DNA from: the human T2T-CHM13v2.0 reference genome, Homo sapiens | Assembly (NCBI RefSeq): GCF_009914755.1 | Contig: NC_060928.1 | Length of the DNA: 64,000 nucleotides | Strand: one strand, 5' to 3' | Shown here: in pieces, positions 12,190-23,296 of the stretch | Layout of the letters: each line of letters starts with the position of its first letter | Numbering within the stretch: the first letter of the stretch is position 1 | Program-made: the position numbers and the translations under genes | The notes under the pieces: model-generated | The model's database searches: none | Told to the model about the DNA's origin: nothing | Seen by the model: the letters and a program-made list of their open reading frames with translations, nothing else

Positions 12190-12989
12190 TAGATGTTTCC
12201 ATCAAAAGACAGAAATTCACATCGGTTCCTTGACCATATAAAGTTGAATGATAATATCGTCTACCTCTTAGGGCTGTTGTGAGGTTAGGTGAGTTAATAT
12301 ATTGCTCAGTTTGGCTAGTGATGAAAGACAGAGTTACCACAGAGAATGACAAGAGATTAGCAGAAGTGTAATTAAGTAGAGATTCAATATTGCAGTTTTG
12401 TAGAAGATGTAGTCTTTTCATTGGAGCAAATCATATAGCCCTTGGTAAGTATACATTGATTTGAAAAATGCCCTTTGATCTGTCCCCCAAAGCAGGAAAT
12501 AGCATGGGAAGTTTGTTTTTCATGTGTAAGAGATAGTAGTACATCTTCACTCACTTGCCACTGGGTTATTTCAACTCTCCAATTCTGTGTCCGCTTGTCA
12601 TTCATCAGGGTCAAGTAACTATGTGTGAACACCCAGGACAATACACTGGACACTTTGCTAATGACACCATGTAGACAGAAAACACAGCAGAGTCCCTATT
12701 ACCTTGATAAGACACCCAGATGCCGTGGTCTGGAAAACAAATGCTCCAAAGGGTGCAGGAAGCTGTACTTCCACAAGGTTGATAACAGTCTTGTGGTCTA
12801 AGTATGTCCCCTTCAAAATGAATTTTTTAGAAGATCACGTTAGTTTTGAAAGAAACAGAATCAACAAACAGTGAATGCTTAAGTCAAAGATCTCACATGA
12901 CCACGAGACCATAGCTGTCCAATGTCAACTCAATATTATCTGACTCATTGTGTTATAAATTCTGATATATATAGTGGTTTAGTTTTATG

Positions 12990-13465
<476 letters not shown>

Positions 13466-14135
13466 TTTAGGGCTATCGTTTTTTTAGAATAATAGAATCT
13501 GTCCTTTGTGGAACAGGACCTGTAACCCTGCAGAACCCAGAGTTGCAGGGCCAGGAAGCACAAAGTCTCCTGATGGATGATTAGGAATGATGATGATTTA
13601 CTCCTGCTTCTACTGCACCCAAATTGATGTATTCTTCATACTAGAGGCCATAGTACCATATAAAGTTTTCTAATTCATTTTACATAATGCATCCTGGAAG
13701 ATGGGCTCCCATCCTCACAGAGTATTATTACTCTCGAGCTGGCACTTAAGCTGTGCTTTCTGTTGTTTATTCCAATGCTTGCAGAACACCTTCCTGATCT
13801 AGTCCTCATTCACTGCATGGATGGGTCAGAGCAGTTTTCCCAGCGTATGGAATGTGTTGTCTCCATAACCTTGAGAGCTGCCAAGAATTGTGCTTTCCTC
13901 TCTGTGATAGGGAACTCAAGATGCAATAATTTGCCTTCTACTCTGAAGGGAGAGTTCCAGCATATCCTCGAAGCTGGAGCTGTAAAACCCCTCCTGAAGT
14001 GGCAGGTCTAGGAATCTTCATAGTCTTAACAGGGCCTTCCTGCTCATTCTGCCAGATTAGCATGATCCCATGCATAAAGTGGATCAGTGCGATGCTTTGT
14101 GGAATGCATAGACAGTCCAGATCTCTTTGGAGACT

Positions 14136-14175
14136 ATATTACAACTGAGATTGAGATATTACAACTGAGAGTGAG
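14136..14175. repeat. 20-bp tandem duplication inside the ERVL RT relic
   Basis: ATATTACAACTGAGATTGAG / ATATTACAACTGAGAGTGAG (1 mismatch). Confidence 0.9.
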
Positions 14176-14494
14176 ATATTTAAGAAAGCCCTGGGCAAAC
14201 TGGGAATGTGTATTGATTTCCTTTCTAAGTGAAGACCAGTGGTTTCTGATTGTCTTTGTTGACGGGGAAAGAGAAGTATGTACTAGATAAATAACTAGAT
14301 GTAATGCCATGTAGCTGCAGCCATATGTATCTGCTCTAGCAAGGATACCACCTCTATCATGGCAGCTGATCAGCCTGCTACCTGAAGTAATCTATAATCA
14401 TCCTTCAAGTCTAGTCACTTCTGGCAGGGGCCAGACTCACAAATATAATGGAGCTATAATAGACACACCACCAACCCTCTATTATTTAGAAACA

Positions 14495-14607
14495 TTTTTT
14501 TTTTTCAGACAGGGTGTTGCTTTGTCACCCACACTGAGCTCAAGTGATCCTTCTGCCTCGGCCTCCCCAGGTGCTGAGATTATAGGCATGAGCCACTGTG
14601 CCCAGCC
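14495..14607 (-). mobile_element. Alu monomer (FLAM-like or internally deleted Alu)
   Basis: T-tail, AGACAGGGT..., GCTCAAGTGATCCTTCTGCCTCGGCCTCCC...GAGCCACTGTGCCCAGCC; TATTTAGA on both flanks. Confidence 0.85.
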
Positions 14608-14787
14608 TATTTAGATCTTTAAGAGTGTTATTAATCTCTGTCATCCTTTCTGGCATATAATATTTTCTATTTAATTGCCAGATTTGGAGGGGGACAATGA
14701 CCATACAGGCCAAGAGCCCAATTTTCAAGTAAGTCAATCATAATTATACATTTGCGAACTTTGAAAAAGACCATTGTGGGGATCTAT

Positions 14788-14817
14788 AGACCAAGCAAGA
14801 CCAAGCAAGACCAAGCA
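14788..14817. repeat. (AGACCAAGCA)x3 tandem repeat
   Basis: Three perfect 10-mers. Confidence 0.95.
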
Positions 14818-14899
14818 GTCCCACTGTAACCTGGATTTTGTCCACACCTTCATTTATTACTTGAACCTTATAGGCTTCCACTCTTAACAGGGGGTCCCC

Positions 14900-15020
14900 T
14901 ATAGGGAAGGACATTGCCTGTGTGTGGGGACAGTTGGTATATGGGAACTTTGTAGTGACTGCTCAATTTTGCTGTGAGTCCAAAACTACTCTAAAAAATA
15001 AAGTTTATTAATAAAAAAGA
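14900..15020 (+). mobile_element. L1MC-like extreme 3' end
   Basis: GGTATATGGGAACT...TGCTCAATTTTGCTGTGAG...AAAACTACTCTAAAAAATAAAGT followed by an A tail. Confidence 0.75.
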
Positions 15021-15581
15021 GAGAGCCTGGGGAATCAAAATCTTAAGGGGTATCTACCAACATTTCTGCATTGCACGTGTCAGGGTCCACAACCAGGGCC
15101 CTGAGGTTGACAGAACAAACTGGCTTCAGCTAAGCCTTCAGTTGTCTTTAAAGATTAGTTACTATAATTCTACAACCTAAGTTTTGTCTTAAATTTTTTT
15201 GGCTCTCCCATGATAGAAGAAGGACTTCTTTTCTGCTATGAAGGAGGCACTCTGCCCTTTACACTTGGATTTCAATTGTTTATTAAGGGCCATTAAGTTT
15301 TCATTAGGAAGAGCATTGTTATGACTTAATGACAGCAAGCCAGTTCCACTCTCTATGCATTGTTTCTGTACTTTTAGAAACACCAAAGTGTTTCCTTCTA
15401 TAAGAATAGTTTCCCAAGTGGCTACTAGTGAATGGCTAGAAATGACTCTGCCTCCTTGTGCCAGAGACTGACTATTCATGACTCACGTACCACATGGAAT
15501 GATGTCTTCATTATCAGAGGAGTGGCCAGCAATTCAGTCCTGGAACCGCATCTTTACTGCCTAATTTCTCAGACTACTATT

Positions 15582-15860
15582 GGTGTCGGTTGTGTTCTCT
15601 GGGAAACAGATACTGGGCCAGGGATAAAAAACTGAAAAAAGATTTTTGTGAAAGGAAAAGGAAGGAAGCAGGATTGTGTGGAAGGAACTGTTAGCCTATG
15701 AGGCAGATAGGACAAAATGTTTGCCAGACCAATGAGGAGCTCCAGGGCAAGGTCGACCTGTTAGAGAGGTTCTGAGTTGGGAAGAAATAGAGAAGAGTTT
15801 GTACCTCAGCCTTGCTCAGTCATCACCTGAGGTCATCCTGAAAAAGGGTGGCCTGGTAAT
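15582..15860 (-). mobile_element. LTR16-type 5' LTR of the adjacent ERVL relic
   Basis: GTTCTCTGGGAAACAGA...GGAAGGAAGCAGGATTG...GGAGCTCCAG...CAGTCATC; directly abuts the leader/gag. Confidence 0.7.
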
Positions 15861-17098
15861 GAAACAGAATGATGAGGCAGTTTCTAAGAATGGAGTCAGG
15901 ACAATTCTTCCCCAGTAGAAAAATATTTGTATACATTATTTTCAGTTTTGCCTTTTTAAACTTAACAGCCTCCCAAAGAATTTTCCAAGATCCACAGAAT
16001 TCCATAGTCATCATTACTATAATTTTAAACGACTGTATTATATGGTATCTGGTGCCTTAAAAGATACTTTAAACATGGTTTGAATGGGCATTTTTTTTTA
16101 AATGAATTTCCTGGTACACAGGCATTTGGGGAAGTAAAAAAGACTTTTTTTTAGTAATAAAATGACTTTCCTTTTTATAGAAAAGGCAACAAAAACATAG
16201 GGTTAAAAATCATTTATAATATAATTCTTCTCTGTGAGACTTTACCATTCTCATTGACCTTTCAGCCTGAATGCAAAAAAAAAAAAAAAAATAGAAGACT
16301 TTGTCACAGTTTTAGACTGTAGAGCTATTTTTAGCTGTAAAACGTCATGTCCTAAACTTAATAAAAATCAAACACAAAGAGATGAAAGTGGGAACCTTCT
16401 TACAGAAATTCCTTTAGGGCTATATCCTGCCTTCATTCTACATGAAGAATTCCCACAGAAATCAATAGAAGATTAAAATAAATATCAATGGCAGGATACA
16501 GTCCAAATTATGAATGAAAACTTTAAACTTGACAGGTTAATTGTTTTTCAGATGACTGGAATTTGGGGCAGCATTTTCAAGAGTGAAAACCAACATTTTG
16601 GCTGCAGATAAATTAGTGCACAGCATTTTGTATAGCAAGGCCTTATCTACGGAGTTATGTCCACCCTTTGTTTTAAGACATTGGTTTTTGCTATTTGAAA
16701 GGGAAGTTTCCAGAACAAGCATCATGATTTTCCATTAATGGGTCAGGTTTCCACTTTGCCTTTATTTTAACTAGGACAAACAATATGCAAAGTGAAAGAA
16801 ATTCATTTCTAATACTCATTGCTTAGCCACATTATTTTAAAAGTTAGCAAGAAATAAAATATAATAACATTACAAGTGAAAGATTTAAAGGTAAGACTGA
16901 ATAGTAAGAGTGATTATGACATCCATTGCCTACAAAAATTACAATGGGTAGACATGTATACATAGTGTTCAGAGTATCAGTCTTATCATCTAGAACACTT
17001 GAATAGAGGTTTATGGAGAAGTCAAACTGCATTTCTTAAGCTTTGCTGACACCATATAACAAATGCTTGGCCTTGGGCACATTAGCTGCTCTGAGTCA

Positions 17099-17138
17099 CT
17101 TTTTTCTTTTCTTTTCTTTTCTTTTCTTTTTTTCTTTC

Positions 17139-17173
<35 letters not shown>

Positions 17174-17177
17174 GAAA
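17099..17177. repeat. (CTTTT)n tract followed by T17 then A18
   Basis: T run 17139-17155 directly abutting A run 17156-17173. Confidence 0.95.
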
Positions 17178-17249
17178 ACAGGAAAAGAGTGCCCTTCTGT
17201 GAAAGAAGAATGGAAGAATGAGCTTCAAGAAAGAGCAGCATAAAGATGC

Positions 17250-17566
17250 AAGGGTTTAGTTTTGTAGCATAACTAGAAGTCAGGGGCTGGTCAGCCTTGG
17301 CATCGGTTCAGCACTCCAGCTAACAGGGCCAGCTGCCCTGAGAGTTTTGTCTCCTTTCCTCCACTTTACCAGATTATCTGCCACAGCTCCAGGTATCACA
17401 TCTTTGTTCAAGCCTGGTGATGGAGTAAAGAAATGGTATCATTAATAACTAATTTTGTTTTCAAGAATGTATAGACTCTCCCCTGCATCTATCAACTTAT
17501 ATTTCCTATCTAGAATTGTACCATACTACCAGTCTTAGCTACAAAAAAAGACCAGAAATAGAGTGG
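17250..17566 (-). mobile_element. MLT1-type LTR fragment
   Basis: ATAACTAGAAGTC...CTGCCACAGCTCCAGGTATCACATCT...AGAATTGTACCATA...CTTAGCTACAA. Confidence 0.5.
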
Positions 17567-17569
17567 GAC

Positions 17570-17933
<364 letters not shown>

Positions 17934-18659
17934 TTAATTATTTAAGTCACTTATCAAAATTGCAATAATACTTTGAATAAAGACAGGCATAGAGTAGAAG
18001 CCCACTCAGCTATGTGAGGTCAATGAACATTCCTGTTTTGTTGACGCCTGCAAGTCCACTGTGGGAGCACCACTGTTATGCGTCAGAGTGGTTGGCACAA
18101 TGTTGGCCAAGAAATGTAAGTGGCTGAATCACTAATAATCATTTCAAAGAGGCAATTCAATTCAATTAACATTAAATAAATGCTTATTATGTTCAAACCA
18201 TGTGCTAGGAGCTTGGATTCAATAATTGTAATACTAGATCATAGGTATTAGGAGCTTATTTAGAGATTTAAATAAAGCACTCCAGAAATATAAAGTGATG
18301 GTAATTATTCTCTGCTGGTAGATTGAAGAGGAACATAGAGAGGAAACCTAAAAGGAAATGATTCACTTCTAAAGTGGTAATAGATTACAGTGACAGTGAC
18401 AATACTTCACAAGGTAATTCACATTTACTTGGAATTGAGAGAAAAGACTAATGAATGAATCTTCTGGTAGGTTGACAAGAGTGGTGGGTTTTGATTACTT
18501 AAAAATTAAAAGGAGAGTATATAAAAGGACTTCTTTAATGAAATTAAAGAATTCCTGAATGAAGATAAGAGAAATACTAAAATTAAAATGAGATGTCTAT
18601 TTCACAGGGAAGAAAGAGTAGTTGTTTGAAATAAAAGCAAAGAAAAACAACAAAACAAT

Positions 18660-18680
18660 ACACACACACATACACACACC
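18660..18680. repeat. Short (CA)n microsatellite
   Basis: ACACACACACATACACACACC. Confidence 0.85.
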
Positions 18681-19261
18681 CCAAAACATAAAACAAATTT
18701 TTTTTTCCTGTGGGGCCCAAGATCTTGAACACTAAAAAGTGGTTAGAATTAAAATATTTGTAAAGTACTAGTGAAACAATGATAGTGTCATTGATTACTG
18801 TTTAAAAAGTTGAGCGCAGATTGAATTTATTATCAAAGAAACTGTTTGGACTGCTCCAAAATAAATCAATGTGCTTCCAACTTTACCTTAGGTAGAACAT
18901 GGTCTGATAAAAAAATTTTTCCCATATTGTGTGGAGTGAAATCCTTGATCTAAAGCATGTTAGGGTTGCTACATTAGTTTCTTTATTCTAGTTTCAGTAA
19001 GTATTTTAAGGTGATTGAGAAAAGAAGATCTCTGTGAGATTAAAAACCTGCTGTGTAGCCCAAGGAATGTAACGTTAAATAAAATGTCAGAAAGAATTCA
19101 CTGTACATGTTTGAGCTTGTAGACTAACTGTGTTAAATGGATATTAAACTGACAAAAAATTCTTTTAATATAGCCAATACATGAGTATATTAGACAGTTA
19201 GATCAGAATGTCTATATCAGAAACTTTTATTGAATACGTATTCATTCCTTTTCTCTGATGA

Positions 19262-19485
19262 TAAGAGCTAATGTTTACAGAGCCCTGTTTCTATAGCCCA
19301 GCTATTGTACGAATTACGTTGCGCATTTTCTTTGTTAATTTTCACAGCAACCTAACAAGATAGAAATTATTTTTAATTCTCTTTTAGTAATGAGAAAACT
19401 GAGAAGTTGCCGTTTGCTTCTGGTCACATAGTTAGTAAATAGAAATATAAACTGGATCCAGGACTCCTCCTCACCTTAACCACCC
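19262..19485 (-). mobile_element. MIR SINE
   Basis: TCACAGCAACCTA...ATGAGAAAACTGAG...GGTCACATAGTTAGTAAAT...CTTAACCAC. Confidence 0.75.
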
Positions 19486-19537
19486 TGTCTCTGTAAGCAA
19501 TCTACTATTCCTATTGTTTGGGTCACCTGGTATGTCC

Positions 19538-19573
<36 letters not shown>

Positions 19574-19575
19574 CA
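19538..19575. repeat. A16 followed by (GAAAA)n tract
   Basis: Read directly from the sequence. Confidence 0.9.
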
Positions 19576-21079
19576 GAACTTGGATGATTAGCATACCCTT
19601 CATATTAACATTTATAACCATATCTTATTTTAGCTATTAAATGAAATTTAAACTGAAGTTTCAGTATTCTCAGCTCTGTTAATAAATGCTTCCTTTAAAT
19701 ATTAGGTATAATTGCATAGCCAGTTCCTACCAATGAGTAAGTTTATCTCTGGCAATGAGTTGTTCTCAGTGTCCAAACACATTTCGTTAATTTTGCTAGG
19801 GAAGTATTGAATTTGTCTGTGTTATAGTGAACTGAATGTAAGAAATGCCTTAAAATTATAGTACTCAGGTATGCTTCCTTTTAAACATTCTGTTTAAGGT
19901 TTAACCTTTTTTTGATTTTCCTTCTTGAAAAGAGAATGTTCATCTCCTGAAGTTATAGACGTAATTATTGTTATATACCACATAACAATAATTTTTTGAA
20001 ATTAAAAAATATACAAATACAAGCTACTCCATTAAAATAGAATCTATGTTTGAATACTATCGTCATTTTTAAGTGTACTATACTGAAATTATGTTGATAG
20101 AAACACAATCTTTTTTTCATTAGTAACTGCTTTTATGGTTTCTACAAGCAGTTCTCCATCCACATTGAGTGTGGTCCCAGGGAACTGTAACTAGTCTTGG
20201 AAGTGATTGGTGTTGCCTGAGGATTTGGGGCCCAGAACAAAGAGAAACAGAGATCTGAGGGAAAAAGGAGCATAGGCTGGAAGCTAGGAAATGTCTGAAA
20301 AGGTAAGTCTATAAAATTAGACAGGGCACACACAGAAGCCCAAGTAAAGTTTCTTACAGAGTATCTGTGAGCCAGTTTGGAAAGTTGAGCTTAAAATAAT
20401 CCCCTGGAGCATATGATATGGGGTAAGGATCTTTTACAGCTTGGCAGGAGGACAGCTAAATGCTCGGAGAAAGATCCATTGCAGACACTTAAAGTTATTG
20501 AAGTTCTATTTGCAAAACTGAGTCCCTCAACAGTGGACACTTCAGTTAACGGGATAATTTAACCAAGAAAGAGAGTCCAAAATAATTCCTTAAGGACTGA
20601 TATAAGAAACTTTTTTCTAAGGCGATAAAACCAGAATTTATTAAATTGTACCATGGACATTCTACAAGCAAATCTAATAAGAATGTTGAGGTTTTTCTTT
20701 TTTTTAAACAACAGTGTCCACAGGGACCTTTATTCCTTGACTTCACCTTGCCCCTAGATCCAAAATTCATACAAATTAATTAGTGAAAGCTGACAAGACG
20801 TTTGAATTACCTTAAAATGGCACATTCTGAATTTAAAGTAGGCAAGAAGATGACCCGACACTTGCCTAAAGTAATATACTCACTAATTGCAAGCTTGACA
20901 GAAAAATTGTTCATGGGAATAAAAATATCTTAAGGAAATTTCTTTATGATGTAGCTATCTTCTGGGTAAAACATAGTGTGAAATTCTACACCTAATCAAC
21001 TATTACACAGTAAAACAAAATAGACTTTAGGACCCAATATTAACAGTTTCTGTACACTGGGTTCCCACTGATATCAGAT

Positions 21080-21265
21080 GCTGTGCTTCACCTTGCCTGC
21101 GTTATCCCACTTGATCCATACATTAGCCCTCCATCGTTGCTGCTACTCCTAATTATACAAATGAAGGTGAAGAAACGAATGAAGAAACAGCCCCCAATGA
21201 AGTTAAGTGATTTGCTAGATTTGGGATTAGAATCCATATCTGCTTGGCTACAAAGACTCAATTTT
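21080..21265 (-). mobile_element. MIR SINE, degraded
   Basis: TATACAAATGAAG...GAAGTTAAGTGATTTGC...GGGATTAGAATCCA...CTGCTTGGCTACAAAG. Confidence 0.55.
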
Positions 21266-21663
21266 TTGAGCCCAGGATGCATTTGCTTATTAATTATACC
21301 TTTTCTCATGTTATTTGTTGTTCCATTAACCAAGAAAATATATATCCTAAGGCGGCATCTTATCAACACTGAATCACATATCGAATTATTCATGACAAAA
21401 GTGTACAATTAAAAGGAAAAATTTTGTATGATTTCCTTTGGATACTTCAGACTAAATCCTTGCTGTTACTTGATTTTTGATAGAAGTATTGGTTCCCCTG
21501 GGATGTAACACACCTGTTCTTGTGCAGGTCCTAAACAAGTTGAGAAATAAGATGAAGGGTAAGGTATATGGAAAACAGAAAATATTGTTGTTTTAACTGA
21601 TAAAGGCCAAGTTGTGAGGGCCAAAGAGGTTTGGTAAATAAACCACAGAATTAGTCAGACTTA

Positions 21664-21672
21664 ACTTACCTG
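21664..21672 (-). other. Perfect-consensus 5' splice site (CAG|GTAAGT); candidate exon end at 21670
   Basis: Plus strand reads ACTTACCTG; lies at the edge of a repeat-free, GC-richer segment. Confidence 0.35.
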
Positions 21673-22761
21673 GTCAAGGCACTGACAGCCACCAGTGTTG
21701 GGAACAGCCTGCTCCCAAGAACAACAGGGAAAGTCTATACCCCAGAGCCAAGAGCTCTCACAAAGAAAATGGTACCCGGCTCTTTTTTTTGAAACGTGTC
21801 CATCAGATAAATCACCTCACTCCCAGAGAGCAGAGTAAAGGGGTGAAGAAAGGGTGGGTTTTACAGCAATAGAACTGCCTTCAGAAGAAGAAAATTTCAG
21901 ATCTCTTTCTCACATTCTCTTGTACCTCGCTGGGTGTAGCTTCCAAGCCTCTGGTTAGATCTCCCTGTGTGGGAGATCAGCAGTCCAGGACAGACTGCCT
22001 ACCACACGCACAGGGGGATTGCTTGCCTCCCTGCAAGGATGAAAAAGTAGCCCTTTAGGAGACTCTTGGAACCTCTCATGGGAAAGACACATGTTGCCCC
22101 ACGAAGACTCTGAAATGAGTCTTCTACTCCATTAATTAAATTTACTCCAGGGCTACTTTACTTAAGCTTCCAAATTTACTCCCTATTCCCTTTCCCATCC
22201 CAAATTATGTCCAAGCATGTTTTCCTGTGTAACATGTCATTGATCCTGTAATAAGATTTAATGACATTAATGAATAGAATAAAATACATAAATTCTATAA
22301 TACTAAAATGCCAGAAAACTTTCATAGAAGCCCTCTTCTGCTGTCAGATTCAGAGGGAGAAAGTAAAGGCTATGCCTATTAACATTTAAAGGAAATTAAT
22401 GTTTAAAATTCATTTTTAGATAATATGAGTTAAAAGTTAGAAATTAAAGAAATTCTCATTTTTAGAAAATTCTGCTTAGTCTATACTAGAGGTTTTCTCA
22501 ATTATTTAGATGCATAAGAATGGCTGATATTTCTTTAGGACCTCATACATTTTATTATTTTAACACAGGTATCTGATAAGTCTCTTTTTAGAATCCAAAG
22601 AATTAACGGGACACAGGAGATTATAACGACACTCTCCCCACATATACCAACTTTACAAAAAAGGGTTTAGGACAATTTCCCAGGTAAAAATTCCTGAAGC
22701 CGTTATTTAATATTGACTGAAACTGTAGTAAAAGCTCAGTTATATTTCTAAGTAAAAGAAG

Positions 22762-23296
22762 GCATATTAATTCTCTACTGCTGTGTGACGCAGCACCCCA
22801 AAATTTCTTAGCTTAATAAAACAAGCATATATTCTCTTGCATTTTCTGTATTTTAGGAATTGGGGAGCACATTTTTTTTCTGGTTGGTTCTCGTTCAGGG
22901 TCCCTCCTGGGATCGCAGTCCAGTTGTCCTCAAGGGCTGTAGTCATCTGACACCTGTAAGGTTCATTCCCACCCTTACCCATGTAGGCAGCCTACAGTTT
23001 TTCACCATTGGAGAGAGACCTCAGTTCCTTAACACATGAGACTCTTGACTCCTCATGGCATGGCAGCTGGCTTCCCTCATAGCAGTGATTTGAGAGAGAA
23101 GGAAAGCAAAACAGTGATGTCACGCTGTCATTTATGTCCTAGTTTCTGAGTCATACACCATTTCTTCTGCCTTCCTCTATTTCTTAGGAATGCGTCACTA
23201 AGTCCCATGATACCTTCAATGGAAAGCATTACACAAGGGCTTAAATACCTAGAGGCAAGGAACCCTGGGGACCATCTTAGGGACTGGCTTCCAAAA
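22762..23296 (-). mobile_element. MLT1F-like MaLR solo LTR
   Basis: TCTACTGCTGTGTGAC...CACCCCAAAAT...GGGCTGTAGTCATCTGA...CATGGCAGCTGGCTTCCC...GGGACCATCTTAG. Confidence 0.85.

Larger units (their letters stand above)
13490..15570 (-). mobile_element. HERV16/ERVL-type internal relic with gag N-terminus, RT and integrase-end fragments
   Basis: Minus-strand translations QLNRKYYMPERMTEINNTLKDL (cf. ERVL VNQKQYRIPGGIAEISATIKDL), VVSLLEQI, RDLDCLCIPQSIALIHFMHGIMLIWQNEQE (cf. RDLD..LPQDITLVHYIDDIMLI...EQE); gag-like NENLMALNKQLKSKCKGQSAS. Confidence 0.85.

Noticed and set aside
13990-14740. Active or domesticated retroviral RT
   Set aside because: Catalytic YIDD has decayed to FMHG, with stops, frameshifts and an Alu insertion.
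17011-17243. Overlapping poly-Phe/poly-Lys ORFs on both strands
   Set aside because: Translation artefact of the T and A homopolymer runs.
21662-21690. U1 snRNA gene or pseudogene (ACTTACCTGG)
   Set aside because: The match stops after 10 nt; U1 continues CAGGGGAGATACC. Better read as a minus-strand splice donor.
21958-22124. Two 8-bp hairpins (GATCTCCC/GGGAGATC and GAAGACTC/GAGTCTTC)
   Set aside because: Several 8-bp short-loop inverted repeats are expected by chance in 64 kb; no miRNA-length stem.
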